DNA of 64,000 bases, from contig CAWCZX010000003.1 in assembly GCA_963800145.1 (NCBI GenBank), positions 9,880 through 73,879 on the forward strand, given 5' to 3'. The position numbers were made by a program, and so were the translations under genes. The notes beneath the pieces are model-generated. The model worked only from the letters and a program-made list of their open reading frames with translations, was not told the origin of the DNA and made no database searches. The DNA is from an uncultured Acidobacteriaceae bacterium. GTDB taxonomy: Bacteria > Acidobacteriota > Terriglobia > Terriglobales > Acidobacteriaceae. Below, one piece after another: positions 50,471 to 60,503 of the stretch (position 1 is the stretch's first letter; every line of letters starts with the position of its first letter).

Positions 50471-51724
50471 ATGGCAGCAAACTCAACAGGCAGCCAGCAC
50501 GCAACTCTGAGCAAATCGGAGCAGGAAGAAGTGCGCGAGCAGTTGGGCAGGCTACTGGACAATCCATTCTTCAGCCACAGCAAGCGGTTCCCAACTTTTC
50601 TGCGCTTTGTGGTCGAACAGACCCTGGCCGGAGAAGTTGATAGCATCAAGGAGCGGACCCTCGGGATTGAGATCTTCGGCAGGGATGCGGATTACGATAC
50701 CGCCTCCGACCCTATCGTTCGCGTCACGGCCGCAGAGATCCGAAAACGCGTCGCCCAGTATTACCAGGATCCCGCCCATGTGGACGAACTCCATATCGCG
50801 ATACCTTCCGGCTCCTATATACCCCATTTTCACTGGCCCAACGGGTCTGACGATCCGATTTTGAAAGAATTGGCACAGGCGGCCGCGGAAGACGATCCAG
50901 TTTCCGCTATGCATCCCGACTCCACTGCTGCGCCGGCTCATCGCCATTCTTCAGTTCTATTGGCGATTGCCTGCGTCGCAACGGGACTGCTGTCGGTGGG
51001 TTCAGTCCTTTTATGGCAAGCAGCGCATCGTCCAGCACCGGACTTCTTCTGGGCGCCGATCACGAGCTCGCCAGATCCCGTGTTGCTCTGCGTCGCCGAT
51101 CAACTTGAGTACTCGAGCATCGCACTGCGCGACGCGGCCCAACCATCCCATCTGACTGTTTTGAAAGATAATCTCACCGCTATGGTCAGCGATGATGTGA
51201 CCGCAACCGTCAAAGTTGCTGGAATCCTCCAGTCGAGCGGCAAGCAGTACAGGGTGAAACCCGAGGGCGCAACCAATCTCGAAGATTTGCGCAATGGTCC
51301 TACGATTTTTGTTGGGGCATTCGACAACGCCTGGACGCTTCGCCTCACCAACTCCTTGCGCTATCACTTTGCGAACGACGCTGCCATGACGAAGCTGAGA
51401 ATCGTCGATAGCACGGCGCCGTCACAGACAAGGTGGGTAATCGACAGATCAGTGCAGATGGCGACCAATAACTATCGAGACTATGCGATCGTGGCGCGGT
51501 TTACCGATGGGAATACAGGAAAAGAAGAGGTCATAGTTGCAGGAATCAGCCGCGGCGGAACGATCGTCGCTGGAGAGTTCCTGACCGACGCCGCCGATCT
51601 CGCCGAGTTAAAGCGTGCGGCTCAGGCAGCAGGGGGCAAAAAGAACGTCGAGATCGTATTGAGCACTGAGATTATCGATGGCGAACCCGGCTCTCCGAAG
51701 GTTGAGGCTACCTACTTTTGGTAA
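50471..51724 (+). CDS. Membrane-spanning one-component regulator: wHTH-like domain, TM helix, uncharacterised periplasmic domain
   Basis: ERTLGIEIFGRDADYDTASDPIVRVTAAEIRKRVAQYY is clearly paralogous to the N-terminus of 4519-6126; TM segment SSVLLAIACVATGLLSVGSVLLW. Confidence 0.75.
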   Translation: MAANSTGSQHATLSKSEQEEVREQLGRLLDNPFFSHSKRFPTFLRFVVEQTLAGEVDSIKERTLGIEIFGRDADYDTASDPIVRVTAAEIRKRVAQYYQDPAHVDELHIAIPSGSYIPHFHWPNGSDDPILKELAQAAAEDDPVSAMHPDSTAAPAHRHSSVLLAIACVATGLLSVGSVLLWQAAHRPAPDFFWAPITSSPDPVLLCVADQLEYSSIALRDAAQPSHLTVLKDNLTAMVSDDVTATVKVAGILQSSGKQYRVKPEGATNLEDLRNGPTIFVGAFDNAWTLRLTNSLRYHFANDAAMTKLRIVDSTAPSQTRWVIDRSVQMATNNYRDYAIVARFTDGNTGKEEVIVAGISRGGTIVAGEFLTDAADLAELKRAAQAAGGKKNVEIVLSTEIIDGEPGSPKVEATYFW

Positions 51725-51849
51725 AGTTTCACCCCCGGCGCCGCTGTTGGCCGACAAGTCCTCCCATACGGAAGATGTTCGTTTGAGAAAATCGTAATCT
51801 AAAGTCAGCCGTGGCGATTCAAGGGTTCGCCCCAGAACAAAGTCTGTCG

Positions 51850-53184
51850 TCAAATCTGTTCAAGCTCACCCTGAGTCGACAGTCTCGGCCAAAGAATTGA
51901 ATAGAGAGCCACGACTAAATAACCCAGTAGAGGCAGCAGATAGGCGAGAGCGATTCCTGGAATATGCCGGCTTCGTGACTGAGAGATAAGACCCATCAGG
52001 GGTGTCATCACGGCACCGCCCGAGACCGCCATCACCAGCCACGAACCGCCGATCTTAGTGTTCCGGCCGAGTCCTTCCAGTCCGAGCGCAAAGATCGTGG
52101 GAAACATGACCGACATGAAGAAACTCGTCAGGAATATTGCCCAGAGTCCGATCCATCCGGGAAACAAAACCCCGACTGCCACCAGAACAACATTGATAAC
52201 GGCGTAGGTCGCCATCAGCTTGTGGGGTCGGACGTACGTCATGATCGCGGAAGACGCGAACCTTCCTACGGCAAATGCCGCCAGCGTTCCTGTAAGCAGA
52301 TAACCGGCGAACTTCTCGTGTTCGTGGGTCGATTCCTGTATGTATTGGATAAAGTAGCTCCAACTGCCCACCTGCGTTCCGACATACATAAACTGGGCAA
52401 ACACTGCGAAGAGGAAACTTGGATGCCGCAATAGTTCCGAGAAGTGCCCATGATCCTCTCCTCGTCCCTCATGCTCGCTTTTGATGGTGGGAAACTTGGT
52501 GATACCAATCAGGAACGCCCAAATCAAAGTGATGGAGCCAAGCACAATATAAGGGATGATGACGCGCATCGTTTCATGGTGAAGGTACGACGTGTAGGTA
52601 TTGGCCGCCTGCATCGCCTCGGTTTGCGCAGGCGAGAGTTCGATTCCTGAAAAGATAAAGATCGTTCCCGCCAAGGCGCCGGTGATGTCCCCGAGCGGAT
52701 TGAAGGATTGCGCAAGGTTCAGCCGTTGGGCCGCAGTCTCCGGGTCGCCGATTTGGACAATGAAAGGATTCGATGCAGTTTCAAGGATTGACAAACCGCT
52801 GGCAATCACGAACAGGGCGGCAAGGAAGAATCCGTACTGCCCGACGATCGCCGCCGGCCAAAAGAGAATTGCTCCAGTTCCAAACAGCAACAGGCCCATG
52901 ATAAAGCCAAATTTGTATCCATACCGACGCATCAAAAGCGCAGCCGGCATGGCAAGTACAAAGTAGCCCATGTAGAAGGCCGATTGAACCAGGCCGGCGC
53001 GGAAACGGGAGATCGCAAAGGCCTTCATAAACTGGCGGATCAAGACGTCGTTCAGGTTATGCGGAATCCCCCAGAGAAAAAAGAGCGCCGTTACGAGGAA
53101 GAACTGTAACGCCATGTTAGGGGGAATGAGACGTGGTCTCCTTGCTTCCGTGATGACAGTCGGCCTTTGTGCCGCTTCGGACAT
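51850..53184 (-). CDS. fucP: L-fucose:H+ symporter family MFS permease
   Basis: LFFLWGIPHNLNDVLI, LVQSAFYMGYF, LETASNPF, RLNLAQSFNPLG, QFMYVGTQVGSWS and FMSVMFPTIF. Confidence 0.88.
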   Translation of the reverse strand: MSEAAQRPTVITEARRPRLIPPNMALQFFLVTALFFLWGIPHNLNDVLIRQFMKAFAISRFRAGLVQSAFYMGYFVLAMPAALLMRRYGYKFGFIMGLLLFGTGAILFWPAAIVGQYGFFLAALFVIASGLSILETASNPFIVQIGDPETAAQRLNLAQSFNPLGDITGALAGTIFIFSGIELSPAQTEAMQAANTYTSYLHHETMRVIIPYIVLGSITLIWAFLIGITKFPTIKSEHEGRGEDHGHFSELLRHPSFLFAVFAQFMYVGTQVGSWSYFIQYIQESTHEHEKFAGYLLTGTLAAFAVGRFASSAIMTYVRPHKLMATYAVINVVLVAVGVLFPGWIGLWAIFLTSFFMSVMFPTIFALGLEGLGRNTKIGGSWLVMAVSGGAVMTPLMGLISQSRSRHIPGIALAYLLPLLGYLVVALYSILWPRLSTQGELEQI

Positions 53185-53769
53185 CCTGTTTCGACCTCGC
53201 CTATGTTTTGGGCCTCGATGGGAGCAGCAGTGTTATGTGCTGAAGAGAATCTCACTCTACCGCAAAGATGTATATGAACGTCAAGCTTACCGATCATCGC
53301 TGCTTCGACGGCCAGAGCCTCTGGCGCCGTTTGCGCATCTGGCGCACGCGCGAACACGACAACGGAACTACGCCGGCGCAGTATGGGAGGCTCTTGGGAG
53401 AATTGGCGCCGGAAGAAGAATCTAAGATTCATCCGACGGCAGCGTGCGAATGAGAAGGCCATCGAAAAGCTTATTGCAGCCTTCGCTGAGATGTGGGTCG
53501 ACCGACGGACCGAGTTACCAGGGCTTCGGGATTGAAGGGCAGGGCAAATCTATATTCTCTGAGTCGAGATTTCTTTGTGGGCCTACTCGATAAAGTGCTT
53601 TCGCGGCATCAGTGAACTACTTCGAAGATGTCGCAAACCCGATCAACCTCCTGGCGCGGGCCGAGACTCGTTGCCCGGTCCGCGCAAAGATTGAATCGGC
53701 TAATTCAAGCGAATGTCGACGTGAGGGCTTCTCGGGGAAAATCAAGTCTTCCCCTTACGGGCTGGTTGC

Positions 53770-54630
53770 TTAGGCAGCCTCTCTTTGCGACTTGCCCTTC
53801 TCCCCAAGGAAGCCCACCAATGCGCCATTTACTTCCTCCGCGTGCGTCCATGTGATGCAATGTGGGCCTTCCTTCACGATCAGTTGGCGCGCTCCTTTGA
53901 TCAGCTTGGCGGTACGCAGTCCCGCTGCGGTTATGGGAAGTATGCGGTCGGCATCCCCGTGTATCACAAGCGTGGGCACATCAATCCGAGCCAGGTCCCC
54001 GCGGAAGTCTTCGTGCCAGGTTGGGACACAAGCCAGGCTGGCGGTCGCGGATGCTTCGGCCGCGACATTCCAACTGGCCTGGACGACTTGTTCGCTGACA
54101 CGCTTACCCAGGAGCAAGTCGGTATTGTAGAAATTCTTGAAGAATTCCGTGAAGAACGCATAGCGATCCGTTGCCACTGCTTTCTCGATCCCGGCAAACA
54201 CGCTGGCATCCACGCCCTCGGGGTTGTCGGGGGTCTTAAGCAGGTACGGTGGCACACCCGAGATAATCACGGCCTTGCTCACATCCTTGGAACCGAATTT
54301 TCCCAGGTAGCGCGCCACCTCGCCTCCTCCCATAGAGAATCCGACCAACGTTAAATCGCGCAGCTTAAGATGGGCGATTAGCTTGTGAAGGTCCTCTGCG
54401 AACGTGTCGTAGTTATAACCTGCGGTCGGCTGGCTTGACTTGCCAAAGCCCCTGCGATCGTAGGTGATAACCCTGTACCCCGCGCTTAGAAGAACAGGCA
54501 GTTGCTTCTCCCAGGAAGCACCGCTCAGTGGGTATCCATGGATCAGGACCACCGGCTTACCGGAGCCATGATCTTCGTAGTAAAGTTCCACGTTCCCAGA
54601 GTTTTCAGTTGCGACTGTGACGTTTGGCAT
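53770..54630 (-). CDS. cpo: Non-heme haloperoxidase / arylesterase-type alpha-beta hydrolase
   Basis: LYYEDHGSGKPVVLIHGYPL, YDRRGFGKS, GFSMGG nucleophile, IHGDADRILP and GPHCITWTH. AGGAG RBS before ATG 54630; the longer ORF-track start is spurious. Confidence 0.9.
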   Translation of the reverse strand: MPNVTVATENSGNVELYYEDHGSGKPVVLIHGYPLSGASWEKQLPVLLSAGYRVITYDRRGFGKSSQPTAGYNYDTFAEDLHKLIAHLKLRDLTLVGFSMGGGEVARYLGKFGSKDVSKAVIISGVPPYLLKTPDNPEGVDASVFAGIEKAVATDRYAFFTEFFKNFYNTDLLLGKRVSEQVVQASWNVAAEASATASLACVPTWHEDFRGDLARIDVPTLVIHGDADRILPITAAGLRTAKLIKGARQLIVKEGPHCITWTHAEEVNGALVGFLGEKGKSQREAA

Positions 54631-54799
54631 TGCGTATCTCCTTTTTCGCGATGAAGTAAGTCCGTGGTTGGCTGCAATCATTCGGTCGTACCTTTGACGC
54701 TTCCTGAATGTCATAGGACTAGCGACACGGGACCGCCCCTGGTAAACGAGGTCGGCCGCGTCGCCGAAGATAGTGTTGTCTGCCCTGCGAGGCTGCCGT

Positions 54800-55822
54800 C
54801 TAGGCGGCCTCCTTCTGCGGTCTGCCTGCCCCGCTCGATTCTGCAGACCGGACCTTGTGCGGCGGCCCAACGTAGGGGAACGCGGCGAGCAGGTCGCTGT
54901 GCGGTCCCACCTTGTCTCCGGTCACCTTCCCATTTGTGAGAATTGGAAGAAAGACGTCGATTGCGTCGTCGGTGAGTTTCCGCCCATTCGCCGGATAGGA
55001 CGCCGGCTGCCTGGGATCATAGTGGAGGATGTCCGGCAGCAGAGTACTTGCCACTCGCGTTGCTTCCTCCGGTGTGTACCCGCCTGTGTGCTCCAGCGAG
55101 TGCGCGAAGACGGCCACGAAACAGGCATCGTCTGCCGGCTGCGCAGCGAGGTAAGCGACTCTCTCATCGCCGGGGAGGAAGACGGATTGCGAGGGCAGCG
55201 CGCCGCGGTCCGCCTGAACCCAACTCCCGCTCGTTCCATCCAACGTGCGGTGCCACAGGCCAATCCTTCCATGCCCGAGAGCGGAGTTGGGTACTTCCAG
55301 CGCAATACTGCACACGTCGGCATCGGCGAAGAAATCGTGGCCTGTGAATTGCAAATTGTTGAGCGCGCCCTCTGTGTCAAAGAAAAAGGGATCGCTGCGC
55401 CAGCCTGCGAAGAAGCGGTAGTCGCCAGCCTCAGTCACCAGCGCGTCACGCCCCATTGAGACCGGTGCCCGGTCGACGATGATCTGGCCACCGTCGCCTG
55501 TACCGGCAGCCTCCACCCCTTCAATGCGGCGAACCGTCGCCGTCTGCATTCCGCCCTCTGGGGGCGAGAAGCGAATCCGGTACGCGATATCAGCGACCGC
55601 ATCACCGTTCGTATCAATCTTGAGTTCATAGATTGCCTCGGACGCGAAGGGATCGGGAGTGGTGGGTCCTGGCGGAGTCACGCCGACGGAGGGATGCACG
55701 TCCATAATCAGTATTGATTTGCCGGCACTTCCAGGCTTCGGGAAGGCAAACAAATCGGTGAGGTCAAGACGGGCATCCCCATGGGGGAACCCGAAGTCGG
55801 GACCAGAATAATGGTGCGACAT
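54800..55822 (-). CDS. DUF4331 family protein
   Basis: MSHH start, DARLDLTDLFAF, FFAGWRSDPFFFD, LLPDILHYD and NGRKLTDDAID. Confidence 0.8.
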   Translation of the reverse strand: MSHHYSGPDFGFPHGDARLDLTDLFAFPKPGSAGKSILIMDVHPSVGVTPPGPTTPDPFASEAIYELKIDTNGDAVADIAYRIRFSPPEGGMQTATVRRIEGVEAAGTGDGGQIIVDRAPVSMGRDALVTEAGDYRFFAGWRSDPFFFDTEGALNNLQFTGHDFFADADVCSIALEVPNSALGHGRIGLWHRTLDGTSGSWVQADRGALPSQSVFLPGDERVAYLAAQPADDACFVAVFAHSLEHTGGYTPEEATRVASTLLPDILHYDPRQPASYPANGRKLTDDAIDVFLPILTNGKVTGDKVGPHSDLLAAFPYVGPPHKVRSAESSGAGRPQKEAA

Positions 55823-56219
55823 AGATCATCTCTCCTCATGATTGGGATACGAAGGGCCACTCGCGCAGGGCAGTCCAGCAAGGCAATTGAGGACGCCAAC
55901 CCTCCAGGAAGGTGTCGATTGATATGCGGGCGTTTGCTATCGCGGATCGGAATCGGGCGGCGGTATTTTTGACGACCCGTCCAGTTTTCGATCAGACTTG
56001 TTGTCAGAGCACGGTTGCGCTTGCGGTAAGTTTCTTTCTGATCCACTTCACGAAAGCGAGCGTCGTCGAATAGCGGACCATCACACTAAAATGCACCACT
56101 CCGTGCGGAGTGTCAACCGTGCTTTGGTATCGAAATTGTCAATATCGGTGCGGCATTCCTCAGTGTGTGCGCCAATATTCGTATCTAGCTCTTTCCATGG
56201 CCTGCGCAGTTTCCAATCG

Positions 56220-56250
56220 TAGAAAAGACCGCTCATGGCGGCCTTTTCTA
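56220..56250 (-). terminator. Intrinsic (probably bidirectional) terminator at the end of the polysaccharide operon
   Basis: TAGAAAAG-ACCGC-TCATG-GCGGC-CTTTTCTA: GC stem flanked by A and T tracts, about 50 nt past the GT2 stop. Confidence 0.6.
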
Positions 56251-56302
56251 AGCTCTTTGTTTTGTTAAGTAATATTGATTGTGGGGGCTGCCTCCCGAAA
56301 CC

Positions 56303-57070
56303 CTATCGAGGAAGCGCGTGACGATGAAGCCAGAAGCTGTTCCACGCGTATTCTGTCCACCACAGCGCCGCGCGCATCGGTGGCAGCTTCGAAATGTTGC
56401 GATAGATCATCCAAGTTTGTACCGCTGCGAACAGTTTGTTGGCGGACCTGCTGCCCTGTGACAAACGATAGCGGCCGAGATCCGCGGGCAGACGGTGCCC
56501 AATGTGCCCCTCCTGGATAAGGCTTAACCAAGCACAGAAATCCTCATGGAGATAGCGGCAATTCTCAGGAAATCGGAATTCGCCAACGCGATTGCGATCG
56601 AGGACTATGCTCAGGCACCCAAGACCGCGCCGCGTGTGCAAGGTGCGCAGGTCCAGTATGTCGAAGGCATTGATCAATGCGCCTACGCGCGCGCCGTCGT
56701 TCGACATATGCCGGTAATCGTGATAGATAAATGCGTAGCGATTCGCGGTTATCCATTCCACTGAGCGGGCAAGCTTCTCGGGAAGCCACAGGTCGTCTGC
56801 GTCGAGAAAGGCAATGTATCTGCCACGGGCTGCATCGAGAGCCAGGTTACGCGCTTTCGATGGCCCTCCATTGCGCGGTGTATGCAACAGGCGAAAACGT
56901 GCATCGTCTCGGGCCGCGGCTTCCAGAAGGACAACTGAGTCATCGGTCGAACCGTCGTCGACGAGGATTTGTTCCCAGTCCGCCAGCGTTTGTGCATGAA
57001 CCGAGGCCAGGGTCTCCGGCAACCAACGAGCCGCGTTATAGACCGGCGTAATAATCGAGACCAGTGGCAT
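56303..57070 (-). CDS. GT2 glycosyltransferase (TuaG-like)
   Basis: VSIITPVYN, VDDGSTD, GPSKARN, YIAFLDADDLW and HEDF. Confidence 0.9.
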   Translation of the reverse strand: MPLVSIITPVYNAARWLPETLASVHAQTLADWEQILVDDGSTDDSVVLLEAAARDDARFRLLHTPRNGGPSKARNLALDAARGRYIAFLDADDLWLPEKLARSVEWITANRYAFIYHDYRHMSNDGARVGALINAFDILDLRTLHTRRGLGCLSIVLDRNRVGEFRFPENCRYLHEDFCAWLSLIQEGHIGHRLPADLGRYRLSQGSRSANKLFAAVQTWMIYRNISKLPPMRAALWWTEYAWNSFWLHRHALPR

Positions 57071-57162
57071 GTTCAGCACCCTTCTCTTCTACGACTGTTC
57101 GATAGTGGCTTGGTTCAGCGTCCGTAACGGCACGCCATCCGGGGTTTCTAGCAAGTTCAGCT

Positions 57163-58248
57163 TCAATCGCTCAGAACCTCCCGCCACCGCGACACAACGC
57201 GATCCTCCGAGAATTCTTCCGAGACGCTCCGTGCCGAATCGCCAAGTCTCTGGCGCAATGCCGGGTCCCTACCAAGCTCCACGATTGCATCCGATAGAGC
57301 GTCCACGCGTTTCGCGGGGACCAGGATGCCATTGACTCCGTGCTCGATCAATTCACGCGGCCCGTTCGGACAATCGAAGCTGATGCAGGGAGCGCCGCAG
57401 GTCATCGCCTCGATCAGTACAAACGGCAACCCCTCAAATCGCGAACTGAGAACGAAGATGCCGCATCCCGAATAGAGGGCAAAGGGCTTGTTTGAGAACG
57501 GCTCGAAAACCACGGATTGCTCCATCCCGAGGCTGCACGCCAGACGCATCAGTTGGTCGCGCTCTTGTCCGTCTCCCACGATTCGCAGCGACCAACCAGG
57601 CAGCTTCTTGGAGGCAACGGACCAAGCTTGGAGCAGCAGATCGAATCCTTTTTGTGGGACCAGGCGCCCCAACGCAAGAACTTCTTGGCGGCGAAAGGCC
57701 TTCTCCAGAACAGGTGGAGCGACAATGTTGGGAATCACCCTGAGATCACCGGCGGGCGCGAAGAGTTTTGCGAACATTTCCGAATCGCGCTCGGTCAATG
57801 TGACAATGCGCGCTGCAAGGAGAGCCGCCAACCGTCTGGCCAGCCTTCCGCGCGACTTGGTGACACTGTGAGACAGAGCGAAATGCTCCCACACAGCGAG
57901 ACGAACACCGGGCACGAACACCGCAAGCAGGGCAGCAATCAGCACATTTGTATCCGTGCATACGATCCATTGCGGCCGAAGGCGAATTACATGGATCGCA
58001 AAAATGCACATCAACCACGGATAGTCCAGAAAGAATGGCAGAGGAGTGTCACGCCCGTAGCTCACCCGCACATCGCTTGAAAGCGGAAACCAGGCGTGTC
58101 CGCCATCACGATAGAGCGACCAAATTGACACGGATTCGTAACGAGCTGCGAGTGCATTGGCAAGATTGACTTGCGCGCGCTCAGTGCCTCCGCGCTTTGT
58201 GATGTCGTGAATGACGAAACATATCTTCATAGGAGTTCGGTGCGACAT
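57163..58248 (-). CDS. GT4 glycosyltransferase
   Basis: GGTERA, ALGRLVPQKGFDLLL, IVGDG and SSRFEGLPFVLIEAMTCG; start 58248 or 58230. Confidence 0.9.
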   Translation of the reverse strand: MSHRTPMKICFVIHDITKRGGTERAQVNLANALAARYESVSIWSLYRDGGHAWFPLSSDVRVSYGRDTPLPFFLDYPWLMCIFAIHVIRLRPQWIVCTDTNVLIAALLAVFVPGVRLAVWEHFALSHSVTKSRGRLARRLAALLAARIVTLTERDSEMFAKLFAPAGDLRVIPNIVAPPVLEKAFRRQEVLALGRLVPQKGFDLLLQAWSVASKKLPGWSLRIVGDGQERDQLMRLACSLGMEQSVVFEPFSNKPFALYSGCGIFVLSSRFEGLPFVLIEAMTCGAPCISFDCPNGPRELIEHGVNGILVPAKRVDALSDAIVELGRDPALRQRLGDSARSVSEEFSEDRVVSRWREVLSD

Positions 58249-58279
58249 CCGAAAAACCCGATCGTCTTTCGCGTGGCAA

Positions 58280-59216
58280 TCAGGATGAGTGCGTTGACAT
58301 CCGCATCGCGACTCGAAAGCGGACACGGTCAAGAAAATATCGCGCCTGCCAAGGCGACAGCAATGCGGATGCAATCACACAAAGGACGCGCACAATCCGG
58401 CTCGACGACCGAATGCCTTTCTGAGTGCACAATGTTGCAAGGCGAAAGGCAGGTCCCTCCAATCTACCCGGGGTGACGGCCCGTTGATACCTTTCCAGAT
58501 TGAAGCTGTCCTGTCCGCATCTCAGGCGCTCGTAATAACGGCGGACGATGTAGCGGTGCGCCTTCCTCTGTTCGAGCCGCGAAGATAGATTACCAGGCCG
58601 TGTCCGAATCAGCATCAACGCCCGGCAGGTTGCTTACTTTAAATCCTGCAGTTACGGAGCGAAGTAGAAAGTCGTAATCTTCGGCAAACATCATTTCGCG
58701 GTAGCCCGATAACTTGTCGTATACCTCACGTCGCGCGAGCCAAACATGAAGGCATGGCGCGCAAAGCAGCATGGTTTTGGCGATAGATTTCTGAGTCGCG
58801 GGCCTTAGCGATATCCCCAATCCGGGGATAGGTTTCCCTTGCCTGTCGATTGCCGCGGTTGCACAGCCCACAAGCGCGATTTCCGGATGTTCTTCGAGAA
58901 ACCGCAGTTGTTTCTCCAGCCGCGTTGGAAGGGCGATGTCGTCTCCGTCTATTTTTGCGATGAAGGGCGCTCGGCAAAATCTGAGCCCAAAATTGAGGGC
59001 GTTTGGTATGCCTCGATTTTCATGGGTACCGACGATCCTGATTCGTGAGTCCACGGAGGCAATCTTCTCAACGATTCGCCGTGTACCATCGGTCGACCCG
59101 TCATCGGCGACAATAATCTCGATGTCAGTGAGGGTTTGCGACTGAACGCTCGCAAGCGTCTCGGCGATGTAAGGTTCGACATTGTAGACGTTTATCAGCA
59201 CGCTAATCTTGGCCAT
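58280..59216 (-). pseudogene. GT2 glycosyltransferase split by a frameshift near 58620 (true pseudogene or sequence error)
   Basis: The N-terminal frame (ISVLINVYN, DDGSTD, KIDGDD, AEDYDF..SNLP) stops at 58590. A second frame resumes at the same point with LMLIRTRPGNLSS... and runs to a stop at 58280, just before the GT4 gene. Confidence 0.75.
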
Positions 59217-59225
59217 GCCATCCTC

Positions 59226-60431
59226 TCAAGCATTCGCTATTTGTTGTTTCTCGCCCGAAATGCAGGGCCCGTCGCGATTTGAACCGCGCAGCGCGCCGAG
59301 CAAACCGAGCGCGGCGATGAAGTAAGGCATCGATGTACTTACTGCAGAAAATCCGTTGACCACAACGGGCAACACGAGCAAATAGATGGAAGCAGGGCAT
59401 TTTCTCGAAAGGATCCAGATGTAGCCGACTAACAAAAGCGAGCCAACAATCCCTAACTCGGTAACAAATGTTGCCAGGATGTTATCCGCGGGGAATACCC
59501 CACTTAGATTGATGAAGTTACCTGCTCCAACGCCAAACAGCCTTTGTACCGCACTTGAGTTGTTATAGATACTCACCATTTGGGAGAGGATTAAGAACTT
59601 GGTTGAGAAGCTCCCGTCAACGGCAAGTGTTGCATCCGGCCCTCGTGCGGAGTAGTCGACTAATAGCCTACTAACGATGAACAATTGTGCTGCTAGCAAG
59701 GCGAAGAGTATTCGACCTCGCCAGCGCCAGAATTTGTACACGACGAGCTGGCAAATTCCGGCGGCGATGGATGCCCTAGACAACGATGCAAACAGAAGAA
59801 GGTAGACCAGTAGCCATTTCTTCCGTCCAATCTCTTCTTTGAAGGCGAACATGATTGAGAGTAGGCACAGAATCTCGATGCCTACAAAGTTGGAGTTGTA
59901 ATGGAAAAGGCTAGTTTTATAGAGATAGAAGCTGTCGGAGATATCCGTCTCTGCAGTTACGCCCATGTGGGGCGAAAAGATAAACCGAGTAACGCACTCG
60001 ATGGCCAGAGCTGTAAGAATCCAGTTAACCACGCGAAGTACGGTGCGATCGAGATTCGCCGAAGAGCACGATTTCGCCAAAATCATCATGACTGGCCCGA
60101 TCAGCAAGGTGGTGACAAAGAGAAAAGGTGAAAGATAATTTCTTTCGTCGCTCGGGGAATGAGTGATCCCGATCGATTGCGATATCGAGATCAAGGGAAT
60201 CAGCAGCAGCGCGGCGAATGAATCGAATTTGAATGTGAGAATGTGGACGAACAGGGTGACCACGCAAAGGCCGAGCAGAATGGCCTGCGAGAGGTTGATA
60301 TAGATTGGGATCGGCACGAAGGAGAATGTCAGAAGGGCGCCGAAGACGATGAGCTTAATGCGCGCCAAATGAGATTGAGAAAAGTCGAGTGGATGCGGCT
60401 TGGGCGCGATTTCGATAGGATTAAGCGCCAT
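59226..60431 (-). CDS. wzy: Wzy-like polysaccharide polymerase (polytopic membrane protein)
   Basis: About 10 TM segments, ASLSRASI, a periplasmic loop, RLFGVGAG..DNILATFVTELGIVG; located between a flippase and glycosyltransferases. Confidence 0.7.
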   Translation of the reverse strand: MALNPIEIAPKPHPLDFSQSHLARIKLIVFGALLTFSFVPIPIYINLSQAILLGLCVVTLFVHILTFKFDSFAALLLIPLISISQSIGITHSPSDERNYLSPFLFVTTLLIGPVMMILAKSCSSANLDRTVLRVVNWILTALAIECVTRFIFSPHMGVTAETDISDSFYLYKTSLFHYNSNFVGIEILCLLSIMFAFKEEIGRKKWLLVYLLLFASLSRASIAAGICQLVVYKFWRWRGRILFALLAAQLFIVSRLLVDYSARGPDATLAVDGSFSTKFLILSQMVSIYNNSSAVQRLFGVGAGNFINLSGVFPADNILATFVTELGIVGSLLLVGYIWILSRKCPASIYLLVLPVVVNGFSAVSTSMPYFIAALGLLGALRGSNRDGPCISGEKQQIANA

Positions 60432-60503
60432 TGGGTCGCCCACTTACAACTCCAACGCCAGCTCCGAGGTTGGCCGTCGAAACCGTTTTTGGAGGTCTGA
60501 TGC

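Noticed and set aside
53268-53536. Short ORFs upstream of fucP (61 aa at 53268; a basic ~51-aa ORF in another frame; an antisense EALAVEAAMI segment reminiscent of GIY-YIG-like proteins)
   Set aside because: No recognisable domain, and the overlapping frames compete; they cannot be told apart from non-coding DNA or a decayed remnant without a search.
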